A stretch of 64,000 nucleotides of DNA from Christensenellaceae bacterium (GTDB lineage Bacteria; Bacillota; Clostridia; Christensenellales; Borkfalkiaceae): assembly GCA_045644385.1 (NCBI GenBank), contig JAZRGU010000007.1, positions 1,618-65,617 on the forward strand, written 5' to 3'. Below are positions 45,660 through 54,901 of the stretch, piece after piece. A program made the translations under genes and the position numbers. A model generated the notes under the pieces. It did not search any database. It was given only the letters and a program-made list of their open reading frames with translations, and was not told the origin of the DNA. Position 1 is the stretch's first letter, and each line of letters starts with the position of its first letter.

Positions 45660-47429
45660 TTAATTTAAACTTTTTAATTCGTTAAGTGCGTTTTTAAAAG
45701 ATTGCATTGCCACGTCGTAAGGCGTTTTTGTCATAAGGTCAACACCCGCAATTTTTAATAAGTTAGTTGGAGTGTCGCTACAACCGGAAGATAAAAATTC
45801 AAAGTATTTATCTACCGCCACCTTGCCGTCTTTTAAAATACTTTCCGCAATATTTATAGCGCTTATTATGCCCGTTGCGTATTTGTAAACGTAAAACGCC
45901 GTGTAAAAATGTGGTATTCTTGCCCACTCGTAAGAAATTTCTTCGTTAGACTTAACCGACCTACCGTAGTATTTTTTGTTAAGTTCCAAATACTTTTCGC
46001 TTAAAAGTTCTTTGGTTAAAGAAACGCCGTTTTCGCTACTATCGTGAGCAAAATACTCAAATTCGGCAAACATAGTTTGCCTAAATAACGTAGTTCGTAT
46101 AGTGTCTAAATAATACGAAAGTAAGTATTTTTTAACGGAATTGTCTTTTGCAGTGCTTATTAAGTGTTTAATTAAAAGAATTTCGTTTACGGTAGAAGCA
46201 ACTTCCGCTACAAAAATTTTATAATCTGCCGTTGTTTGCGGTTGACTTGCATTTGACTTATACGAGTGAATTGCATGCCCCAACTCGTGCGCAATAGTAA
46301 ATACGGAGTGAGTAGTTTTTGTATGATTTAATAAAACGAAGGGGTGCTTTAAACCGTACGTTGAAACGCTGTACGCACCCGAACGCTTTCCGTCGTTTTC
46401 GTAAACGTCTATCCACCTTTCGTTAAACGCGCGTGTTAAAAGGTTTTTATAATCTTCGCCTAGCGGTTTTAAACCTTGTATAACTAAATTGTACGCGTCT
46501 TCGTAATCAAGCGCAATTTCACAATCGCTTACAAGGGGTACGTATAAGTCGTACATATTTAGCGTACCGCCAATAACGGATTTTCTGTATTTTACGTATT
46601 GATGCAACGTGCTAAGATTTGAATTTACGCTTTTTAAAAGTTGAGTGTATACCTTTTTTTCAACTTCTTCTTTAAAAAGAGCCATATCCAAGCAACTTTC
46701 AAAATTTCTAACCCTAGATATAAACACGTTTTTTTCTACGTTGCCTTTATACGTTGCAGTTATAGTGTTTAACACTTTTTTATAAGCGTTATAATATGCT
46801 TTAAAAGCCTTTTTTCTTACGTTTTTATTAGGATTTTGCAATAAAAGTGAAAAAGTTGCTTGCGTAACTTTAACTTTTTTACCGTCTACCACAATGGTTG
46901 GAAAGTCAAGGTCAACGTTATCTATCATAGAAAACACGTCGTGATATCCGCCCAAAACTTTACCGCTTAAAGCAAGAAGTTTTTCGCAATCTTCGCTTAA
47001 AATATGCGGTTTATAATCTTTAATTCTTTGTAAATCGCGCTTATACGGTTTTAAACTTTCGTCGTTTATTAAACAAGTTAAAGTTTTATCGTCTAACGCC
47101 GTAATTTCTACGTCTATAAAAGACGTTTCCGTAGAAAATTTAACGGCTAAATTATCAACTTTTCCGCATAATTCGTTAGCAACTCTATCGTCGCCGTTTT
47201 CGTCCCTACGCATCATAGCGTATACGGATAAATTTTCTAACTTTAAAAATAATTCGTATAATTTTAAGTAACAAGCCTTAACGGAAACGGCGTCTTTTAA
47301 TTTGCCTTTAAAAGACGAAAAATCCATATCGCTTTCAAGGGCGCTACACTCTAAATAAAAATCTTCGTCGCTATTAAATACGTCTTTAATATTCCACTTG
47401 TACTTTTCGTTTATTTCGCTACGCTTCAT
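45660..47429 (-). CDS. pepF: Oligoendopeptidase F (M3B)
   Basis: 589 aa with the zinc motif HELGHAIH. Confidence 0.85.
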   Translation of the reverse strand: MKRSEINEKYKWNIKDVFNSDEDFYLECSALESDMDFSSFKGKLKDAVSVKACYLKLYELFLKLENLSVYAMMRRDENGDDRVANELCGKVDNLAVKFSTETSFIDVEITALDDKTLTCLINDESLKPYKRDLQRIKDYKPHILSEDCEKLLALSGKVLGGYHDVFSMIDNVDLDFPTIVVDGKKVKVTQATFSLLLQNPNKNVRKKAFKAYYNAYKKVLNTITATYKGNVEKNVFISRVRNFESCLDMALFKEEVEKKVYTQLLKSVNSNLSTLHQYVKYRKSVIGGTLNMYDLYVPLVSDCEIALDYEDAYNLVIQGLKPLGEDYKNLLTRAFNERWIDVYENDGKRSGAYSVSTYGLKHPFVLLNHTKTTHSVFTIAHELGHAIHSYKSNASQPQTTADYKIFVAEVASTVNEILLIKHLISTAKDNSVKKYLLSYYLDTIRTTLFRQTMFAEFEYFAHDSSENGVSLTKELLSEKYLELNKKYYGRSVKSNEEISYEWARIPHFYTAFYVYKYATGIISAINIAESILKDGKVAVDKYFEFLSSGCSDTPTNLLKIAGVDLMTKTPYDVAMQSFKNALNELKSLN

Positions 47430-47941
47430 ACCCCACTCCTTTTATAAGCAACCAAAAAATTTGAAGACGTTGTTACGGTTATAATTTCGTCTACGTTAAA
47501 ATTTAATTTTTTAAATTCGCTGTCTACTAAAATTTTTCTTTCAACGTAGTCGTTTTGTTTATCCGACCACTCTAAAACCTCAATGGTATAATAGTCTATA
47601 TTATTAGTGTATAAATCACCGTTTATTCTTGTAATGGTTACGGACGAAGTGAGTTTGCTTTTTAACACCGTTTGACAAACGAATTTATAGTAAGTAGCAA
47701 CCCTTCCGTAAGTTATTTGCAAATATATAAACGAAAACACGGTAAACAATCCGCTTGTAGAATACAAAATTATCATTAGCGGAGTTTTATATTCGTGCAT
47801 ATACGGCAAATATGCGTTAAACACTATTACGGTTATTACGATTAAAGCGCATAACGCTAAAATTATAAAGTATATGGTTAAAAGTTTGTCTTTTTGCTTT
47901 TTGATTTTATTTATATATTCGGTAGTGTATAAATTAGTCAT
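47426..47941 (-). CDS. Hypothetical membrane protein (2 TM helices plus a C-terminal beta domain)
   Basis: 171-aa ORF, coupled to pepF by a 4-nt overlap. Confidence 0.4.
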   Translation of the reverse strand: MTNLYTTEYINKIKKQKDKLLTIYFIILALCALIVITVIVFNAYLPYMHEYKTPLMIILYSTSGLFTVFSFIYLQITYGRVATYYKFVCQTVLKSKLTSSVTITRINGDLYTNNIDYYTIEVLEWSDKQNDYVERKILVDSEFKKLNFNVDEIITVTTSSNFLVAYKRSGV

Positions 47942-47944
47942 AAA

Positions 47945-48334
47945 TTACTCGCCTTTTTTATCTGTTCTTATATATTTTAAACCGCTTTCGGTTTTTAAAA
48001 AGAGTTCGTATCTGTCTTCATACTCGGCAAAAACGTAATTAGTATTTTGCTTTACCGTAAAGTATATTGGATATACGTTTTTTGCCTTTTTGGGCTTTTC
48101 GCCTTCTTTAACGGGCGTTTGCTTTTTAGTTTTTTTTGCTTTAAAAGTAAAAGCGCTGTAAATAGAATATAGCACGGTTACGATAGATAGCGTAACGCAT
48201 ACTCCAAAAATTAACCCGCCGTATTTTACGTTAGCCCCCATAAAAAACGCAACTGCGTAAAAAATGGCGATTAACGGTAGCGGATATAATTTTGATTTTA
48301 TAAAAAATTTAAATATTCGCTTCATTTTATTCAA
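47945..48334 (-). CDS. Hypothetical membrane protein (2 TM helices, a Lys-rich linker and a small C-terminal domain)
   Basis: The 129-aa ORF overlaps the lepB stop by 8 nt. Confidence 0.4.
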   Translation of the reverse strand: MNKMKRIFKFFIKSKLYPLPLIAIFYAVAFFMGANVKYGGLIFGVCVTLSIVTVLYSIYSAFTFKAKKTKKQTPVKEGEKPKKAKNVYPIYFTVKQNTNYVFAEYEDRYELFLKTESGLKYIRTDKKGE

Positions 48335-48944
48335 CGTTTTTAAAAATTAATTTATTGAGTTTTCGCGTTTTAACAAAAATATTGTGAACTACGCCTTTTA
48401 CTTGTTCTTTTTTAATACAGCCAAAATCTCTGCTATCGTAACTTTCTAAACGGTTATCTCCCATAACGAACAACTCATCTTCGCCAACAACGTAACTCGG
48501 TTTTACCCTATATTCCGTAAAACAGCCCTCTTTAACGTAAGGCTCGTTAAGTTTATTTCTTATTACTTCGCCTTTGTAGATTATATAAACGCAATACTCA
48601 CCCGTTTTTGCGTCTTGCTCAAATATAATTTTATCGCCCTCGGTTGCAATTACTCTTTTTATATAGTCTTTTTCAGAGTCGTATTTAAAAATTACTATAT
48701 CTCCCCTTTGAATTGGGGCTAACCTGTCCGCTAAAACTATATCGTCGTTAAAAAGAGTGTTTTGCATTGAAACGTTTTGAACTCTATACACGGAAAGCCA
48801 AACGTTAGTTGTAAAAATCATAAACAATATTAAAGCAAATAAAACGATGCAAAACGTTATATCGCTTTTAACTTTTTTTTGATTTTCTTCTATTTGGTTT
48901 AAACATTGAAAGTTATAGTTATTCATATTTTTTTCCATTAACAA
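48327..48944 (-). CDS. lepB: Signal peptidase I
   Basis: 205 aa with a TM anchor, the catalytic Ser box NVSMQNTL, the Lys box YIKRVIATEGDKI and GDNRLESYDSRDFG. Confidence 0.85.
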   Translation of the reverse strand: MLMEKNMNNYNFQCLNQIEENQKKVKSDITFCIVLFALILFMIFTTNVWLSVYRVQNVSMQNTLFNDDIVLADRLAPIQRGDIVIFKYDSEKDYIKRVIATEGDKIIFEQDAKTGEYCVYIIYKGEVIRNKLNEPYVKEGCFTEYRVKPSYVVGEDELFVMGDNRLESYDSRDFGCIKKEQVKGVVHNIFVKTRKLNKLIFKNVE

Positions 48945-49104
48945 GTTTTACGCTTTTTTTAAATGCGTCTAGCGTAAACATAACTACTTTATTGCAGTTG
49001 TCGCATTTAAGTTTAATATCCGCACCCGTCCTAACGCAAGTCCACGAATTGCATTTGCAAGGATGATTTTTTTTAGTTATAACTTTATCGTTAACCTCAA
49101 TCAT
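48919..49104 (-). CDS. DUF951-family small protein
   Basis: 61 aa. HPCKCNSWTCVRTGADIKLKCDNCNKVVMF matches the DUF951 (YyzM-like) pattern. Confidence 0.6.
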   Translation of the reverse strand: MIEVNDKVITKKNHPCKCNSWTCVRTGADIKLKCDNCNKVVMFTLDAFKKSVKLVNGKKYE

Positions 49105-49110
49105 ACTACC

Positions 49111-50766
49111 TCACAATAAAATAAAATTATTTATTATAAAAGCCCCAAGCGAAGAAACCGAAATTGAAATAATTTTATTGTATTCACGCATACTTTTTGC
49201 GTTTTCGTCTTTAAAATCGCTTAATAATATTTGTACGTTTTGCCAAAAATCTCCGCCTATTAAAGCAACTTCTTTTACGTATACTTCACCGCTATCAAGT
49301 TTAATTTCAATTTTTAAAGTATCGCTAAAATTAGATGCAACGTCAAACTTTAAAAATGAATTTTCGTCTATCGTGTCTACAATTTTTCTTACGGCGTACG
49401 TTGTTAAGGTGTTAGTTGAATATATCCCCTTAATGTTAAACGGCCCGTCTTTAATAGAATATAGCGAAGAAGAAAACGCATTGCCTAAAAGTTCGGTTTT
49501 AATATTTTCTACTATAAAATTTGCAGGTTGCTTTAAAGAACTAAATAGCACCGACGGCGTTTTAGAAAGTGATTTTATATTGAGTTTTTTATAGTTAAAT
49601 TTTGAACTTATAGTAAAGCCGTTTTTGTATTTTACTATTGCAAAAGCAATTTCAAAATCAACGTTTCCGTACGCTTTGCGTTTAAAAATATACTTTCCGC
49701 TATCGCTTATTATAGGCGTAACGTTATACCACACCCTATCGCTAGTATTATAGACGTTGCTACTTGATAAAACGTGAATAGCGTCAATGGAATTTTTACT
49801 GTAATAGTCAACGTTGTAAATTATTTCTTCTTCGTCGCTTTCTATTTCAAGTTGAGGCGTTTTAGGTAAAGCAACGCTTTGTTTTGCAATAAATTTTAAG
49901 AAAAACAAATCAACGTCTTTTAAGCAGTTTTCGTCAAGCACGTCCTTTGCTATCGTTATAAAGTTAAACCACGTTGTGTCTTGATTTGGAAGCCTTAATA
50001 AAGTTTCAACAGACCTTTCCGCATCAAACGTTTCGCTGTTAGTTGCGCCCAAAAACAATACGGGGCAAGTTACGTACGTAGCGTACGATTGCGCTTCTAT
50101 ACCAGCAATAAATCTATACCTTTCTTCGTTAAGTTCTATACCTATTTTGGCTTCTTCGTATTTGTTTACGCCTTTATAAGCAAGCCAACCCGCACCGAAT
50201 AAAAACACGGCGCAATCTACTCGCTTATCGGTTGCCGAAAGTTGCCATAAAACGTTTGCGCTATACCTGTTTGCAATAACTCCAACAATTCCGCTTGGAT
50301 TTTTACTTTTTAAATAAGAAACCGCGTATCTTGCAACCGCAGTCCACTCATACCAACAAGTTTGATTTGCTAAATTATGCGCGTATTCAAAAGTGTCTTT
50401 ACACTTAACGTAATTTGCGTAAGAAATTTCTTCGGGATATTTAGTATATTCCCCTTCTTCGTTTTCACCGCGTAAATCAACTGCCAAAACGTCGTAACCC
50501 TGCATAGCAAAATGGTTTACTAGTTCGCCGTCTATTTTATCGCACACGTCAGGAAGAACTAATATAGACCCCTTGCTATTAGTTTTTTGCTGAACGAACA
50601 AACCGTATATTCTAACTCGGTTTGCGCCTACTTGACGCCCCGAAAAATACACGTTTGTATAAGTTGCGTTTTGCAACGTAAACGTATTGAGTTTTACCTC
50701 TTTTAACGGAAGTGAATCGTCAAACGAACTCCACATCGTTATTGGGGTTAAAATTGTTTCAGCCAT
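49111..50766 (-). CDS. Hypothetical protein with a possible alpha/beta-hydrolase-like N-terminal half
   Basis: 551-aa ORF. The N-terminal half resembles acetyl-esterase-type folds (ILVLPD...GYDVLAVDLRG), but I find no canonical GxSxG. The C-terminal half is beta-rich. Confidence 0.35.
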   Translation of the reverse strand: MAETILTPITMWSSFDDSLPLKEVKLNTFTLQNATYTNVYFSGRQVGANRVRIYGLFVQQKTNSKGSILVLPDVCDKIDGELVNHFAMQGYDVLAVDLRGENEEGEYTKYPEEISYANYVKCKDTFEYAHNLANQTCWYEWTAVARYAVSYLKSKNPSGIVGVIANRYSANVLWQLSATDKRVDCAVFLFGAGWLAYKGVNKYEEAKIGIELNEERYRFIAGIEAQSYATYVTCPVLFLGATNSETFDAERSVETLLRLPNQDTTWFNFITIAKDVLDENCLKDVDLFFLKFIAKQSVALPKTPQLEIESDEEEIIYNVDYYSKNSIDAIHVLSSSNVYNTSDRVWYNVTPIISDSGKYIFKRKAYGNVDFEIAFAIVKYKNGFTISSKFNYKKLNIKSLSKTPSVLFSSLKQPANFIVENIKTELLGNAFSSSLYSIKDGPFNIKGIYSTNTLTTYAVRKIVDTIDENSFLKFDVASNFSDTLKIEIKLDSGEVYVKEVALIGGDFWQNVQILLSDFKDENAKSMREYNKIISISVSSLGAFIINNFILL

Positions 50767-50892
50767 AATATCTTTTGCCCTTTAATAAAAACTTGTAATA
50801 CGAAATTTTTTTAATTAAAATTTTTAATTTTAATATTTTAGTTTGCATAGATAAGCAGTTTGTGTCGTTAAAACGTTTATATTTTAGTTTTT

Positions 50893-50970
50893 GCGATTAA
50901 ACTTTTAATAACCCTATTTTGCGGTTAAAATTTTAATAACCCTATTTTGCGGTTAAATTTTTAATAACCC
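50893..50970 (-). repeat. 28-bp tandem repeat (about 2.8 copies). The first copy in gene orientation contains the sbcC stop codon.
   Basis: The units are gcgattaaacttttaataaccctatttt (50893-50920), gcggttaaaattttaataaccctatttt (50921-50948) and gcggttaaatttttaataaccc (50949-50970). Confidence 0.85.
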
Positions 50971-53591
50971 ACGCTAACCTTTACCTTTGAACCGCTAGTT
51001 TGCGTTGCAGAAGTAACTTCTATTTTACCGTCTACCGCGTCTTTTAACTCGTCAACGTGAGATATTAAACCTATCGTAAAGTTTGGATTTTTTAATTTTT
51101 GCAAACTGCTTATAACGGTATCGGTCAAATTTTTGTCTAACGTGCCGAAGCCCTCGTCTAAAAAGAAAAACTCTATGGGGCGTAACGACGCGGAGTGAAT
51201 TTCTTGGCTAAGCGCTAATGCAAGCGAAAGCGAAACTATAAACGTTTCCCCTCCCGAAAGCGTAATTACCGCACGCTTTTCACCGCCGTTTAAATTATCG
51301 GTGATAAAAAATTCCCCGTCGTATACTAAACCGTACTTACCAGACGAAAGTTTAAATAAAGTTTTTCGTGCTTTGGCGCAAATTTCTTTTAAATACTCTT
51401 CTGCAATAAATTCTAAAAGTTTGCGTTCTTTAACTATTGCTATTAAAGAATCTAAAAGTTTAATTTTTTCGTATAATATATTATACTCTTTTTCTATTAT
51501 ACACTTATCTTTATAATTTTGCTCGGTTTTTTCACAACTATTTTTAATTTTTGCAGTTTTTTCTGCTTGAAGTAGCAATTTTTTGTGAATTTCTTCCCTT
51601 TTTTGCAAATTTTCTTGGTAAATTGAAAGTTCAAAAGTTGAATTTTTAAGGTTTTTGTCAATCCTTGTTAACTCGTTAGTTAATAAAAGCACTTCTTCAA
51701 AGTAGTTTTCCGTGTCTTGTTTTAAAGTTTCTAAGTCGTATTCCTTTACGATTTTAACACTTTCTTCCAGCGAATATCCAACTTCGTTTTTAAGTTTTAA
51801 CACGTCGCCTTCTACCTTTGTTTTTTGTAAAATTAACCCGTCTAATTTAGTTTTAACTTCGTTGATTTGCAAAGTAGAATTTAAAACGCAAGTTTCCGCT
51901 TGGCTAAGTAAATCTTCGCTACTTAATAACTCTTGTTTTAGTTTAGCAACGCTTTCTTTTAGTTGTAAAACTTGGCTTTTAACGTCTTTTCCGTCGGTCA
52001 ACGTTAAAATTAAAGCGTCGTTTTTAGAAACTTGCTTTAAAATATCTAAATTGTTACTCTCTAACTCGTTGACTTTTGCATTTAACGTTTCAAGTTTAGA
52101 AATTAGCGCCTGCTTATTAGTAGACAATTCGTTTATTTTAAGTTGAACTTCACGCTGAACGTCAAAGGCGGTTTTAACTTCGCTAATAAGTAAAAACTCG
52201 TCTTTATACTCGTCGCTATCTTTTAAAGCGTTACTCAAATTTTCTAACCTAGATAAAATAGCCGTTTTAGGTTTATTTTCTATAACCAAGTTTAAAAGGT
52301 CGTTTAAAAATTTGCACTCGCTGTTTATTTGAGTATTAACGGCTTTTTTAGAGATAGAGTTTTCTAATTCTTTAAGGTGTTTTTCTAAACTATACGTTGC
52401 GCCGTTACTAGTATAATTTTTAATAAGATTTTGCACCTTGTTTAGTTCGGCGCTTGTATTTTCAATTTGGTTTTTTAAACTTAAAATTTGCGTAAAATTA
52501 TTTTTTACGGTTTGGTTTAAAACTTGATTTTGTTCAACTATTAATTTTGATTTTTCATAATTAATTTCCGCATTATTAAGCGTGCAGTTTAATCGTTCAA
52601 GTTGAGTTTTTTTACTAGCGATATTTTGCTTTAAACTATCTTGTTTTATTACGCTATTATCGTACAACTTTTTAAACTCAACAACCTTGTTAGTTAACGA
52701 TAAAATATCACCGTTTAAAGCGTTTAATTGCGCGTTTAAATCAATAAAATTTTTTATTAAAAAAAGTTTATTAATCACGCTTTTAGCATTAGTAAAATAA
52801 TCTTCTTTTTGGCGTAGTTTTATAAGTGAACTTTCAACTTCGTTACGCCTTGATTTTAAATTATAAAAAACAGTATTTTTTTCTATATAATCTAAAATTT
52901 TAGAGTTTTCTGCATTTAATTCTTCATACTCTTTTAAGGCAATTTTTAACTCGGATTTAAGGTCGTTTAGCGCGTCTAAATTAACGCTATTTAACATAGA
53001 TAATTTTGCCGTTAATTCCGTTTGTTTTATTGCGTAACTATCGCGTAAAGCACCCGTGTTTTTCTTTAATTTTTCGCCGTATTTTTCAAGCCCAAAAAGG
53101 CTTTCCATTATTTTTACCCTATTAATTCTAGGGGAAGTTAAAAACTTGTCAAACTTGCCTTGCGGAAGCACTATACTACTTTCAAATTCATCGGCGTTTA
53201 AGCCTATTATTTCAATAATTTTTTCGTCTACTTGGCGTTGCTTTTCAGCCAAAACGATTTTGTCATTTTCGTTAATAACTTCGTATAAAACGCTTTTTGA
53301 AGCGCTAGTTAAACTATACTTTCTATTTACCTTATAAACCTTTCTAACGCCGTTAAAAACAATTTGAAATTCGTAGTCAATCTCGGCGTTTTTACAGCGC
53401 TTATTTATATATTCGCTTTTAAATTTAGTTGAATATAAAGCGCAAATAATACTGTCTAAAATAGTGCTTTTGCCACTACCCGTATCCCCAAAAATACCGA
53501 ACAAACCGCTTTTTGTAACTTCTTTAAAATCTATAACTACCGCTTCGCTAAAACTCTTTACGCCGAATATCGTTAATTTTATAGGCTTCAT
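50961..53591 (-). CDS. sbcC: SbcC/Rad50-like ATPase
   Basis: 876 aa with Walker A GDTGSGKSTILD, a very long coiled-coil, the signature LSGGE and Walker B FFFLDEGFG. Confidence 0.85.
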   Translation of the reverse strand: MKPIKLTIFGVKSFSEAVVIDFKEVTKSGLFGIFGDTGSGKSTILDSIICALYSTKFKSEYINKRCKNAEIDYEFQIVFNGVRKVYKVNRKYSLTSASKSVLYEVINENDKIVLAEKQRQVDEKIIEIIGLNADEFESSIVLPQGKFDKFLTSPRINRVKIMESLFGLEKYGEKLKKNTGALRDSYAIKQTELTAKLSMLNSVNLDALNDLKSELKIALKEYEELNAENSKILDYIEKNTVFYNLKSRRNEVESSLIKLRQKEDYFTNAKSVINKLFLIKNFIDLNAQLNALNGDILSLTNKVVEFKKLYDNSVIKQDSLKQNIASKKTQLERLNCTLNNAEINYEKSKLIVEQNQVLNQTVKNNFTQILSLKNQIENTSAELNKVQNLIKNYTSNGATYSLEKHLKELENSISKKAVNTQINSECKFLNDLLNLVIENKPKTAILSRLENLSNALKDSDEYKDEFLLISEVKTAFDVQREVQLKINELSTNKQALISKLETLNAKVNELESNNLDILKQVSKNDALILTLTDGKDVKSQVLQLKESVAKLKQELLSSEDLLSQAETCVLNSTLQINEVKTKLDGLILQKTKVEGDVLKLKNEVGYSLEESVKIVKEYDLETLKQDTENYFEEVLLLTNELTRIDKNLKNSTFELSIYQENLQKREEIHKKLLLQAEKTAKIKNSCEKTEQNYKDKCIIEKEYNILYEKIKLLDSLIAIVKERKLLEFIAEEYLKEICAKARKTLFKLSSGKYGLVYDGEFFITDNLNGGEKRAVITLSGGETFIVSLSLALALSQEIHSASLRPIEFFFLDEGFGTLDKNLTDTVISSLQKLKNPNFTIGLISHVDELKDAVDGKIEVTSATQTSGSKVKVSVGY

Positions 53592-54754
53592 AATTCCACC
53601 CCGTCTTCAAGCATTTTTAAATAGAGTTCAACCATATCGAGTTTAGGCTCAACGTTAAACAATTTTTTATAATACTCTATAAAAAGTTCTTTATCGTTTA
53701 AAGTGCGTCTGTCTACGGCGTTTTCTTCGCCCTCGTACGCATCGTTTAAAAACTCTACGTCCGTTATAAACGGATATTTTTCTAACAATTTTGTAAGTTC
53801 GCTATTATGTAGCGGCTGCGATAGATAAAGGCGCAGTTTAACGTAACAATTACAAAACGTGTCTAAAATTTCGTATAATTTATAAAAATCGTAGCAATCA
53901 ACTACTTTTAACTTTTTACCGTTTTTAAATTCTACCCTTTCAACATCCTTTAACGCCCCGTTTTCAACGGTTAAAACGGTAAAATACTTTTCTTGTTTTT
54001 CGCCGTAATCGTACTGTAAAATGCTACCGCTATACACCACGTTTTTTTGCTTGTTAATTACTTGATATTTATGCAAATGCCCAAGCGCCGTATAAATTAC
54101 GTTTGACGGAATAGCGTTAATATCAACAAGCCTAGCACCGCCTAATTCAATGGGTTTTTCGCCTCCGTCAGACACACCGCCCGCCATAAATAAATGCGAA
54201 ACTAATATTTCCGCACGGTTATTAACGTTATAACTTGAACCTTGTTTAATTAAAGACGCTATTTTATCGGTATACAAAGCGTCGTCGTCAAGCGTTTTTA
54301 GTAAAATTTGCTCGTTTGGATACGGAAGAACGTTAAAAAAGACGGTTTCGCCGTTGTTATCTTTAATTTCAAAAAACCTTTCGTTTGCCCTAACTACTTC
54401 AACTCTTTTGAGTTTTAAGGGGCGTAAAAACTCTTTTGTGGCAAATAAAACACCGTAATCGTAACAAACGGAAGCACCTGCGGTTACCCTAGAATTATCG
54501 TCGTGATTGCCACTTATAACAATAACCGCCCTTGTTTTATTAGACAACTCTTTTAAAACGCTATAAAAAAGTTCCTCTGCACTAGCAGAAGGAGAAAACA
54601 CGTCGTAAACGTCGCCCGCAATAATTACTACGTCAATATCGCTAGTTTCAACGTATTCAATTAATTCGTTAAGCACTTGTTTTTGCTCTTGCAATCTACT
54701 AAAATTTTTTAGTTTTTTGCCCAAATGCCAATCGGAAGTGTGTAAAATTTTCAA
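53588..54754 (-). CDS. sbcD: Exonuclease SbcD (Mre11-like)
   Basis: It has the phosphoesterase motifs HTSDWHLG, AGDVYD and GNHD. I prefer the TTG start at 54754 (AAGAGG 5 nt upstream, giving MKILHTSDWHLG) over the SD-less ATG at 54793 used in the ORF track. Confidence 0.85.
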   Translation of the reverse strand: MKILHTSDWHLGKKLKNFSRLQEQKQVLNELIEYVETSDIDVVIIAGDVYDVFSPSASAEELFYSVLKELSNKTRAVIVISGNHDDNSRVTAGASVCYDYGVLFATKEFLRPLKLKRVEVVRANERFFEIKDNNGETVFFNVLPYPNEQILLKTLDDDALYTDKIASLIKQGSSYNVNNRAEILVSHLFMAGGVSDGGEKPIELGGARLVDINAIPSNVIYTALGHLHKYQVINKQKNVVYSGSILQYDYGEKQEKYFTVLTVENGALKDVERVEFKNGKKLKVVDCYDFYKLYEILDTFCNCYVKLRLYLSQPLHNSELTKLLEKYPFITDVEFLNDAYEGEENAVDRRTLNDKELFIEYYKKLFNVEPKLDMVELYLKMLEDGVEL

Positions 54755-54901
54755 AATTGCCTCTTGTAGATAAAACGTTGCTATACACAACATTTTGTAT
54801 TAAAAATTGATTTGCAAAATTTTAGTTGCATTTTTTTTATTATTATTTTAATATATTTTATAATATAATGCAATATAAATTTTACAAATTTAGGGTGAAA
54901 A

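Noticed and set aside
49178-53646. Several plus-strand ORFs (60-144 aa) inside the 551-aa gene, sbcC and the sbcC/sbcD junction
   Set aside because: They are shadow ORFs antisense to long Lys/Glu/Asn-rich coding sequence. Their Ser/Phe/Leu-rich composition and lack of start signals argue against real genes.
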